63,929 nt of DNA, taken from positions 40,106 through 104,034 of the forward strand of contig NMRA01000121.1 in NCBI GenBank assembly GCA_002633005.1. Direction: 5' to 3'. The translations under genes were made by a program, and so were the position numbers. This stretch comes from Phoronis australis (Eukaryota > Animalia > Phoronida). The number at the start of each line of letters is the position of its first letter. The stretch's first letter is position 1. Positions 46,359 to 57,932 of this stretch are shown here, in pieces. The notes beneath the pieces are model-generated. The model did no database searches, had not been told where the DNA came from, and saw only the letters and a list, made by a program, of their open reading frames with translations.

Positions 46359-49300
46359 CTAGAACAAGACAAAAACACGTGTCAGATAATGAACGCACAA
46401 GTTTTCATTGACGTAGATCGTACAGCAATGTAAAACAAGAACGCGAATTGACGTTTGTAACAAATAGCGTAAAATGTTATATGTACAGAGGTTTGTCGAA
46501 TGCTGACCATCCAAAGCAACGCAGCCAATAGATAGGCGATCTACTGGACGTTCAAAGTACTGTAGTAATAATAGGACAGTGGTGTCGAAATTTTGAGAAA
46601 TAAAACACGTAAAACAAACATGGCGCTACGTTACATNTGGTCTGCTACAGGCCCATGACAACAGGCACTGCGCTTTAACTTCACTGCTCATACGTAGCAA
46701 GTCTACCAGTTTGCTTGAGGAATTTTGTACGTGTTTTAATATTTGTTATCTGTGACATTTCCACTGCAAATGGTTTACTTCCAACGCATTAGTTCTAATG
46801 CTTACCAAAGCATTAGAAATCAAGTTTTGGTAAGTGAAACACCGACCGACATGGTGTTCTGATGTTTCACATTCCAACCAGTATTTCGCGCAGCAGGGTT
46901 CTGTTGTTCGACCTGTTGTTTTTTATATTTCTGCAGGTTACTGTGACCTGTTATCACCTGCAATAACATTTGAGACCTGGTAAGATTCAAAATCTTGGTA
47001 GAAAGCTCACCATCTCTTCTGTGACAGGATCATATTTACCTAAGTTATTGAAGTTAGTGGTACATCGCTGAACAATATCTGATTTCACAATAGTGACTTT
47101 AAGGTTTTAATAGTTGTCTAGCTATCTGACAGGATAGCTAGAATTATTTTGGATTCCCTTTCGAACAGTTCCTCTGCAACTTCAATCAATACAAAGGCCT
47201 CTGTCTGTCTACTTGGAAAACAAAACTATGTTTTACGAGATAAAAAGATTTTCAGTTGGTGGTATACCAGTTACAAAACCCCTCAACAAGCTCATTTATT
47301 TTTAACCATATGCTTTGGGGAAGCTTATATCAAGGTATTCGATAGCAACATTCCTATCTAGAACAAGACATTCAAAGTTTCTTACAAATTTTTTGGTGTT
47401 TACCGACCGATTAGTTGGCCTGCACAACTGAGGAACTTCATTTACAGCACTGTTGGGCTACACATTTCAGCATTACTCCTTGTTTTCCCTGATGTACTTG
47501 ATGGCTTGACAATCCAGAGCCCTGGCTGGTCGATACGGAATGAACTTGGGACTGCCTCAGTCACTGTGAACTATATTCATCAACACCTCCATCGCTCCCA
47601 GTGGGGTGCTCGGAAATGCAGAAGCTATCATTAGACAAGCTAAACGCTGTACCTTCCGAGGAAACGTCTTACGATACACTTTTTCAATTTCATTGACCCA
47701 GGACACAGCCATATAATAAGATCGGTCTTATCATGGAGGTGTATATCCATGTCTTCATTTTAGGTTCCACATCCCATGTTTTGCCAATAAACTGCTTACA
47801 TTGCATAAGTGCAATTGCAGCTGCATCGATTTATCCAAGTGAGCTTGCTGTCTAGAGCAAGTCAAACAGTTTAATCATCATGGAAACAATTTTTGGAAAC
47901 AAATTGTTTCCTCCCAGTCAGCCATTAGCATTCCTTTTGCGCCAAACAGTTCAGTTTCGGTTTTCATGTCACCGAATGCTAGACCATTGTGATTGGCCTA
48001 TTCAATAGCAATGTTAAAAGCTCGTTGAGCCCAGCACCTCATCCGTTCCTCATTACCATCAGTGATTAGCAGGGCAAAGTCGTCAGCATAAGGTTGATTA
48101 TAAATATTCTCTCTCTCTCCTTAATTTTAAAAGAAGAGAGTTCATGGTACAATTACAGTGAAAGGGAGATAGGATACCTCCTTGTGGACATTCCTTCATT
48201 GATTTTCTTGTTTTACCACTGAGTTCCGTTTGAGGTGCCCCCGCATCCGTAGGCTAAGAATACGGGGAGCCTCTTAGTGGAGCGTGTTCTGTGGTATTTA
48301 AAGTAACGTTGCAAAAAGAAACAGCAAAATCTAAAGCGATACCAAGTGGTCGCCGTTTCTTTGCAAGATCTTTCTCTGTTCGTAGTACAAACTCATGCAA
48401 GACAGTTTCTGTTGAAACTCCCACACGGAATCAGGAATGGGCTTTGGCGAGCAACACAATTGGGCGCCGAAGAAGACGTATTTGAATGCATTTCCTTGCA
48501 AGTATAGTAAGCTGATAATGAATTAGTGATACGGTTTGAAATAACTATGAATGGATAATTTAATGTCACAACTTTTAAAATTCCAAATGTGTAAGCTTTG
48601 ATTTTGTGTGGCTAACTGAAGCCATTTTCGGTCAACTTTGGCACTCTGTAGCAGCCATATTGCACCTTTCTATGAACTGACTTTGTAATAACTTTTTCAG
48701 TCATTCTTGACCTGTTCATAATCCAAAATAAAAAATCTTGCCTTTCCCATAGTTTATGATGACAAAGTATTACACGAACTCGGAACATGGTCTTATTTGC
48801 CTGTTCTCAGTTGCCTCAACCACAAGTAGGGGGCTCTTGCAAAAACACGACGTAAATAGCTTGTATCTTAGAGAAAAAGCGGACAGCGTTATTACTTACC
48901 ATTCCCTGCAAACCACACTGATGATTACTGCTTATTACAAAAAGTACCGGTACATAAATGAATTATGACTGGCATTTTGCTTCCTCTATTTGATAGATGG
49001 CGTCGCTGTTTGTTTTCATGGAGACGGTGGAAGCGACTAGAAGCCGAATCTGCCTTGCTCTCGTTTTTTAGCTTTGTTGCGATAGCCACTGGCATAGGAA
49101 GGGGGCACCCAAGGGGGCTATGGCCCTCTGTTCAGTGCAAAATAATCGTCAACTCGGTCAAAACTCATCGTAATTTTGCGTCCATATTGTAATGTCCCCG
49201 CAAGTTGTTACAAATTTTAGTCTCCGCCAGTGCTGTATTGGGGCCTAGGCGCATGTAGGCGCATGTAGGCGCAGCCAACTACCCGTTTGGCATTTGAACG

Positions 49301-52300
49301 TAGCACCTACGCTCCGTAAGTTACGTTCAGGGCTCAGTGTGATATGGTAGGCTTTGGGCGCCTAGTTACCTCTAATTTTACCACTACAGCACTGTCTCCG
49401 TCGACAGTTCAACACAACTTGAGTAACGGTATGGACATCAAACATAGCGAGTGATTGCCTCTGTGGGATAGCAGGGTGAGGGGGGATCAGGTGCCCCCGG
49501 GGGCCTGCCGAAGAAGATGCCAAACAGGTGTTGTCCAAGGAGGGGGCACCAGGCATCTGTTAACTGGGAGTTTACCAAGCTACCGACAGGTGGGGTGGGG
49601 GTGCATGCCACTTGAGGTGTTGAGGGGGGTCAATGAGGTGCTCGATACGCCACTGGACTGACTTCTGTCATTTCAGGTGTTCAGAGTACAAACACTTTCT
49701 GCTTGGGTGAAAACCAGCACCAAATTCTCTTCGGTGAAACACTGCAGATTATTTGACTCCATTACTGGTCGCGAAAGTCCTGCGCAGTCACAAATTTACC
49801 TACCCTGGCTAGTAGAAGCTCATACCTTGAAACTGGCCTTGATTTATGAGGCACTTTACAGCATCTCAGATGTTCTGAAGTGACTTTAGCATGATTGACT
49901 GAAGCCACAAAGTTCACTTTTTCACTGAAAACTCCTTTAACTAACAGGAAGAACCTTCGTTCCCAATTTTGTCTTTAAGCGCATGATACCCTCGACCAGT
50001 CTTTACAAACAACAATTCTTACCAGTTCAAAATTCAAAGGTATTAATTTCCATTTAAAATCTCTAAAGAGTGTTCAAACTAACTTTGGCTGTTAATGGAA
50101 AACAAGAGATTTACATGTACAAGTTTTTAATATATCCTCAAACCTAATGTCAATTGACTCCCTAGGCAAAGGTCATCGGGTTCAGATTTGATACTGGCAG
50201 CGCAATACATCCGGAAAACAACTTGTTTTCATTCGATATAGCTTAGGCAGAATTATTGTTCAAATTTTCGTTCAAATGGTCTGTAAACTCTGTTCCCCAT
50301 TTCCGAAATAAACAGTTTTACAAGACAATTTTCACTAAAATGTAAAGTTGAGGCAAGACATTTTTGCTCAGTCATCAAGATTAACTCTTTAGCTGTATGT
50401 TCAAAAAGTTACATAAATCTACACGGTGCAATATGGCGATAAGAGGATCACAAAAACAGCCATTAAAATTAGGTAGGAAAAGTGGTATGCGCATTATCTC
50501 CCCTTCATAGCACAAACTGTCAAATTTGAATAAATGTCAAATAATTATGCACAGTATACATTGGTTATTCAAGCGACCAAATTACAACTTTTAATCTAGT
50601 TTGTAAGCTACTGTCTTTTTTCAGTTTTAAAAGAGGCATTAAATTAAGTTCGCATTACGATTCACGCAGATACGATTAGAAATTTCTTGATCCATGATGG
50701 CATTTTTTCGAGTTTCACAGAACTTTCTAGCAGATATTTGTTCCTCTCCCAGTTGCTTTTGGTCTCCAACCAACAATTACCTCTTTTATTTATAAATGCT
50801 GGTTCAGTCTCCCCGAATCTCAGCAGAAAAAGATTTAATTTTTCTTTAAAAGATTGAGAGATCAAGGTTCTTGTTTTGCCAAAATGTGTAAAATAAGACA
50901 CTGTAGTCGTTTGCTATGTAATCCTTTTATACAAGTCACCCAAGTCACTGAAAAACACATAAGTGGTTACACGTAGTGAAGGTGTGACAACAATGCTTCA
51001 TATAGTAGGTCACGGGTTGCTGACCACTTAAAAATGCTGTCTCTCTCAGCGAAAAACAGCACAGCGAGTCAGAGCAAAAATAACACCATGATTCCAGCAG
51101 AACAGCAACCTGACATATATTCCTTTAGGTCTCTCCTTATTTAAACTCCAGAACACTTACGGAAATCTTTGATATGAATACTTTTTGCTTCAGAAATTTT
51201 TCAAAAATTAGGGATTTTTTTACAAACATGGGGCACTAACACAAAAACAATAAGTTCATTAAATTAGCATTTTGTTGTTTTTTTTTAATTTTATGATGTG
51301 ATCCAATTGTCTGATTTTAACAAGTTGAATTCTTCTAACAATAACTAGATGACACCTTAAAGTGTAACTTCTCAGCAAATACTTTTTAAAGTGAAAAGGT
51401 CCATTGCATCCGGCAAAAATCCAGGGCATCTTTTGTACTTGGTTTTATGGCGGTCTTTGTAAAATTTAATCGTTTTAGGTTCTTAGGTGTGAGACAAATT
51501 CCATTTCCTGCTAGTTTGGAAAGTAAAAATAAGACCTAAGGATATTTTTATTGGCTGAAAATTTGTAATTTCATTCGTAAGTCCGCCACGCGGTTTCTGA
51601 CCTAACGAATTATCCCTGGTTTCTAAAATTTTGGTCAATACTGTTGAGAAACAAGTTAAACGAGAATCTGAAATTACTTTAATATTCATTGAAAACTTTT
51701 GACTTGACAGAACTTTTTTCACCACTTTTTGTGACGAACGTAAGGCACCATGATATCCAGGAGTTGGCCAAAAGGTCGATGATGCGCTACTGGTCAAATA
51801 TTTTTTGAAAGTTTAGGCTTCATGTGATTGCACAAATTTAATGATATAGCAAAAATACCCATAATTAGCTTATTTACGACAATAATTAGCAACACACATA
51901 AAAATCGGGGTAATTTTAGGGTCAAGTGACCTCCAAAAATGGGTCCGTTTAAGACAAAATCGAAAGCTATAGGAAATTCAAATAAGAGACTTGAAACTTG
52001 AGAAACAGGGCTTTAAGATGACACCAGAAATGTTAATCTAGTCGATCTAAGTTGATCTTTTCACAGAGTTGCCCGTATGTAAAAACTTAACATCAAAAAA
52101 TTATTTTTTTCGAGATTTTGATTGAAAGACTATATAGCGAATTCTCAAGGCTTTGAAGACGGCGCAGTTGATGTCAATCTGTATTCAGTCTTCCTGAAAA
52201 GAACAGGATAGATACTTGGGCCATCCTGTCGAGGAACCTTAAAAAGTTGTAATTCATCTGTTGCGACCTTCATTGTTTGCAACAAACAAAAGTGATTAAT

Positions 52301-54980
52301 TGATCTGTCGCCAGGATTTCGAGTGACGGCTGAATTGACCAATCATAACGCAGCATTCTTGACACACTTTCGTTTCCAAGCCGTCATTTTACCGGGTAAA
52401 ATGTATTGTTTGTTTGTCGACATTTCGCAAGAGGCGGAGCTTGCGATAGTCAATTAGACTATTGAGGGGAAAAATGTTGACCAGGAAAAACGGGTGCCAC
52501 GCCCACCTTTGCAGTGTTGTTTACATCTACAGCGACAGGGGCCAAAGTAACTAAGAGGAAATCCAATTCCTCCGTTGGTGACGTAGTCAAATCACCAGTT
52601 CTTTTTGAACACAGTTTAAATGGGTCGTTTTATTATTGCGAAGTGCCTTAACCAGTCTAGCATTAATGTAGTAATGCCTTCCATATTCCCAGTAGAATGA
52701 CTCCAGGATTCTCTTTGAGACTTCCTGATAGGCGTTTTGAAAATGATGATGATTAAATTATAGGAGTTCAAATCACATTTTGTCTTGATGGCTTACCGAT
52801 GAGCGTAGCGAACCTTTTTGCGGAGGTCAGCCAACCCGAATTCCATCATTCAAGAGTGTTATACGTTTCAGTTTCTTTGAAGGACATGCTGTATCCGTCG
52901 AAGGAAGTCTTTATGATCTTGCATACTTTATTAGTGAATTGTTCAAAGTTCCTCAATAGAAAAAATGTCGAATGTAAAGTTTGTTTTATTAATTTAGGCC
53001 AACACTTTTATTAATTTAGGCCAACACGTATGTCCGATGATCCAGGTCATTTTAAATCAGTATTTTATACTGCTCGAGTCACGTGACTACGTTTTTGAGG
53101 TACAGCGGCTGCTGTGAAGGGCAAGACCGAGTAGCAATTTAGAGTCAGAGTCGTTAGTTAGTCACTAATTGGGACTTACTGGTTCCGAACGAATGTCTAA
53201 GTGAATGTAATTCCATAATATAACGTATCTATGGTGTCAGTTGAGACGAACTTTGCGAATTATCTGTGTATTTCATTTTTGTTGCTTGTTTGATGTGGAC
53301 ATTTTCGTAGCCCGAGGGATCGATATATGTCCGTACGGTAACGAGGGCACATTTATGTATATAAGAAAAAAGGGGAGGGTTTTTACAAAGAATAATTCCA
53401 ATAGTTACTCACTATGATAATCATTCCCCATACCGAGTCCACTAGTAGAGGTTCTGGACTCATGACAGATAGCGCCATTATGTATATAGCAGGAACGGTT
53501 CCAATAAGTGTACAAGCTGTAACAACCTTGACCGAACGAGTGGGTAAAAAGAGAGCGACAATGCACGCTAAGGTCTGCACAACCGTCGTCAATCGGTTCC
53601 CAAGACTGTAGGCGAGGGCACCTGAAAAGTGATTTAATAAGAATACAGAGGGCGAATTGAGCGCATACAGAGCTTGACTTCTTCGTTTCTGTATGTTTCA
53701 TTCTTTAGAACACTTCATTATCCGTTATGTTAATTTCTGATAAAACTGCTTGAAATTTCAAAAATTCTTAATAACAAAATACAAAAGAGGATAGATAAGA
53801 ATTAAAGCTGTAGCAACAACTATATTGACGATGGAAGCCGCTAGGACTGTGATAGTCGATGTAGGCCTCCAACACATTAAGTCCGAGTAGGACTATCCTC
53901 AGACTCATGAGTCCTAGCAAATGATTTTTTATGTTACTTCACAATTGAATTTGCGTTGGTGTGTTGATGTTAAACATCTATAACCAAACTTCTTAAGCTT
54001 AAAACCTTACCGTACGGTAGCAGAGAGTACGACTGGACGTTGTAAAGAGGGCCGTAGCGAGCACCTTGTAAATAGCCGTACTGCAGTAGAAGACAAACGT
54101 ACAGCTTGGTCGACATGGCAGGTTTGTTGGTTGGACCAGCATCCTCATTATTACTTTCGTTATCCATGTCGGCTGCATCGGTTTCATTTGAGATTTTCAG
54201 TTTTATTCCACTGGACACTTGCTCATCGACTGATGGCTCTCTCGCGTGAAATCTCTTGCACCAGGGATGGTAATTGATAAGAGTGAAAGATATGCCACTA
54301 GTTAAAAGAATTGCTGCCAGGATACCAAAAAACACACTCTCTGAAAACAGTGGGCTCCTCATAACAGCCTCCAGTTTCCATTCCGTTACGTTTTCTCGGC
54401 CCACAAAACTCCCGTTTCCCCATGTAACATTTTCGAGGCGAGCAGACGTTACATTCACACAGTCATATTCTCCCGCTCCTTGTATCAAAGACGCAATAGA
54501 TGGTACAAAACCGCACATAGCCTCGCCTACGTAATACGCTGAGAGATATTCAGCAGGAAGTATCGAAAAATAAGACAGAAAAACAATAGTAGAAGTGTTG
54601 TCGGTGAAGGCCAAAAAGAACGACAAAGCCAACAGGGCAACACTCCTTTCCGACCCGGCAATAAACACTGTAGCGTCCCAAAATAACGCCAACAAGACGC
54701 AACCGATCAATCCAATAGAGATTACAATGTATATGGCCACATTTTCTTTGATAATTCCTGGCTTGATGGTGTTTGCAATGAAGTAGATAAATGGTCCTAT
54801 GACGGCAAATTGGTTTGCGATCGTGATCTGACTAGGCAGTGCCCAGCCTTCCGGCAGCTGAGGAACCAGTAATGGAAGCTCCGACCACACTCCATCCAGA
54901 TCGATCCACGAGGCTATATTGAATAGAATCACTAGCACATAGAAAGTTATCGATATCTGCGGCTTTTTAAATCCAGTCAT
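46158..54980 (-). CDS. SLC52A: Riboflavin transporter, SLC52 family, whole gene: complement(join(46158..46358,53413..53621,54011..54980)), 459 aa
   Basis: Motifs SWIDLDGVWSELPLLVPQLPEGWALPS, F(L)SYFSILP...SAYYVGEAMCGFVPSIASLIQGAG and VQSYSLLPYG are characteristic of SLC52/RFVT proteins. The protein has multiple hydrophobic helices, GT-AG introns with consistent phases and 1380 nt total. Confidence 0.92.
47470..48215 (-). mobile_element. Decayed LOA-clade (I-group) LINE reverse transcriptase fragment in SLC52 intron 2
   Basis: Minus-strand peptides CPQGGILSP, YADDFALLI, ALMQCKQFIGKTWDVEPKMKTWIYTSMIRPILLYGCV and AFPSTPLGAMEVL, with multiple deletions and frameshifts. Confidence 0.8.
49228..49394. 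mobile_element. hAT-type MITE, second copy (opposite orientation to 4835-4983)
   Basis: CAGTGCTGTA ... CCACTACAGCACTG with an imperfect TSD tctccg(t)c on both sides. The interior is the reverse complement of copy 1. Confidence 0.8.
53413..53621 (-). CDS. SLC52A: SLC52 coding exon 2
   Basis: Acceptor ttttcag|GT; ALAYSLGNRLTTVVQTLACIVALFLP...MALSVMSPEPLLVDSVWGMIII; donor |gtgagt. Confidence 0.9.
54011..54980 (-). CDS. SLC52A: SLC52 coding exon 1
   Basis: MTGFKKPQISITFYVLVILFNIASW...SLLPY; donor G|gtaagg. Confidence 0.93.
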
Positions 54981-55477
54981 TGTCGCTGTTACGACCACTA
55001 CACCGATAAGCCCCGATCTGTAATAGCAAGTGTCAAACGGGCAACGTGAGCCGTATTTGCTTTCAAAACAAATACAGACGATTTCCTTCGTATTTTGCCT
55101 GGTATCGTCGAGTTCGTCAACTGATCTTTGACCATCGTTATCAGTGCGCTAATTTTGAACTAGTGAACTCGGAGTGCCGAAACATACCATCCCATAGACA
55201 AGGTCGCGGTTAATGAGATAGATTTACAAGGCCATTGATTTCGTTGTATTCGTTCATGTCAGTAATACATGCAAAATCGTAACAGAACACGTCCGTTTGT
55301 ACGAGTTGACACGTCATTGAGAAAATGCCAGTAACACATGAAAACCATCTCTTGCCACGGACGCTAACCATACCACACACAGCAAAATTTTCATGAACTA
55401 GCTCTCCGCACACTCACTGGCACTCTTTACCAAAGACAGTTTTGCGTGCAACTCAAAACGCCGCTCATTCGAAAATA

Positions 55478-56975
55478 ATCTATAAGATCCTATAGGATCC
55501 AATAGTAATATTGATTTCTTATAGGATTTCCTATAGGATCAAGATTTCCTACAGGAATTCCTATAGAAAAAATCCTATAGGAAAGTTTTCAGAAATCTTA
55601 CTTCAAAACATTTTTTAAAATACTCTTAGGATAACTGTTTGTTAAAACAAACAGTTATCCTAAGAGTATAGTGTAAGATAACAGTTTGCTTATTATCTAT
55701 TTTCAACTCTTTGAGTCACTAATTTTTCTAAAATTTAATGGGTCATTTTGGTGTTCTGAGGGAATTTCCTATATTAAATCTTATACTAGTTCTACTCATT
55801 TCATTGCCAGAAATAATTTCCTTTAAAAATTATACTCAATATTATCTATGACGTACATTCTTTTATGCAATGTGTAAAAAGCATATTTTGGAACATAAAT
55901 CAACTTCAAAAGGAAATGTTGTACATTGTTCTATGTAATAGTACTTTTGGGAACCTATAGCGACTCCAGTGGGAAATTCTATAGGATCCAAAAGGATTTT
56001 ATTTTCTGTAGAACATTCTATAAGATCCTGCTGAAATTCCTCCAGCAACCTATTGAACTTCCTATAGGATCCTATTGAACTTCCTACAGATTCTATTGAA
56101 CTTCCTATGGAAACCTATTGAACTTCCTATAGAAACTCGTTGAAATTCCAATAGAACCTTATTGAACTTCCAATCCTATTGGACATCCTGTAGGATCCTT
56201 TTGAACTTCCAACAGAATCTTACTGAACTTCCTAAAGAATGTTATTGAACTTTCTATTGAGAATCCTATTGAACTTCCTATAGAATCCTATTACAACTTT
56301 CTATTGAGAATCCTATTGAACTTCCTATTGAATCCTATTACAACTTTCTATTGAGAATCCTATTGAACTTCCTATTGAATACTATTGAATTTCCTGTAGA
56401 TGAAATTCTCTTAAAACAAAACTTAAATAGGGTAAACTATATACTTTCCCTATAGCTGTTCCATTTATGATGTTATAAACTAGAATGTTGTGTCTAAACA
56501 TCTAAGGGAACATTTTTATTATGTGTATGGCTTAGTCCCTAAAATGGGACAGTTTCTCAACAGGACAACAGGTGTCATTGAAAAGCGATTCAATGAACAG
56601 TAATATTTACAGCAGTTTAGTGCACCCATTTGATATATAGTTAGATACTGTACAAGAACTGAGTGTCAGATGAATGTTTGCCAAAAGATTTCTATTGTGG
56701 CGAACACTTGCTTTTTGTATTATGAATGCATTGGAGTTGTCATGATTCTCGTACAAAATCCTATTGATTCCTTAAGGTCAGTCTGATAGAGTATCCTAAA
56801 ATGTTTTCCATTGGAAATCCAAGTAGATTTTGGCCCGATATCTTACAGGATCCTACAGGAAATCCTATATGATGTTATATAACTTCCTATACGAAATCCT
56901 ATTGGATTCCTATAGGATCCAATAGGAAATCCAATTGGATTCCTATAAGACGTGGTAGGAATTCCTATAGGAGTA
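55478..56975. repeat. CCTATAGG-rich foldback-like repeat with an internal ~22-bp minisatellite (56040-56400)
   Basis: Dense palindromic cctatagg/atcctattg motifs at both ends; tandem unit aatcctattgaacttcctatag in the centre. Confidence 0.75.
55620..55669. repeat. Perfect hairpin, 24-bp arms and 2-nt loop
   Basis: atactcttaggataactgtttgtt-aa-aacaaacagttatcctaagagtat. Confidence 0.9.
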
Positions 56976-57932
56976 GAAATTTGTATTCAAAGCATTACAC
57001 TGTAGTGAGACCTATTGAATTCGTTGCAATAAGCAGTAAAATAACCTGCGCGCCAAACGTACATGTATAGTTTATCAACCTTTATTTTAGTAATTTCCAT
57101 GAACGTTAGTACGAAAAAGTAAGAGTTTATGTAATGTTGCTGTCGTTACAGTAAAATGCCGCGTATAAGACATCATACGCGAATGGGAACACTTCGGCGT
57201 TTCCAAACAAGGTCATGAACCTCATTAAGTGATTGCATTTTCTGAGAACACTTAAAATGTAACCGGGTCTCGAATATGAGGCCATGAACTTACATACCGT
57301 AAGTTCAGTGTCCCATTGACTACACACGTACATGAAGCAAACTGCTTCAATACAAGCAGGCAGGGAACAATCCCTGGTTGAATAATTGGCCAACGAGCAT
57401 TCTTCATACGACTCATTAGCATGGCGAGAGCATATAAGAGCGTCTTTCGCTTACCCCTAATTTCGGGACTAAGCTTGACAGAGATAAAACGTCTCCCTGG
57501 AGGACATATTGAGACGACAGACATTTTTGAGAGAATCACTTGACTGGTGCCAATTTGTCGACAGATCCGTCGCAAAGATTTCGTAAAAACCAGGAAAAAT
57601 ACCACTACGTTAATCCATATAAGAATGCAGGACGCAGGACGCTGCCCACCACTACCCTATCGCAATCTACCGAGAATGCGTATTTCATCATGTCGCCGCT
57701 TCCAACTATCAAAATTAAATGCGGACTATTCTTAGCGCTCCAACAGGCAGGCCAGGTCCTCTCAGGGGACCCACATTAACGTTCTCTAATTTTTATGAAG
57801 ATAGACACTAGTGCTACCTGAGATCTTTTCACTAAGACACACTTCAGTTGAATTTAGTAACAAATGTTCGCGCGCTGAGTTTCAGCGAACAACAGACTGC
57901 AGTACATGTACGTGAACGTGAATGGTGTCCGC

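Noticed and set aside
1645-54980. Functional cluster linking GST omega, carboxypeptidase and riboflavin transporter
   Set aside because: The three have unrelated pathways and ordinary eukaryotic gene spacing; nothing in the sequence indicates co-regulation.
56040-56400. Regular short repeats superficially like a CRISPR array
   Set aside because: The units are directly tandem with no unique spacers, there are no cas genes, and the context is eukaryotic.
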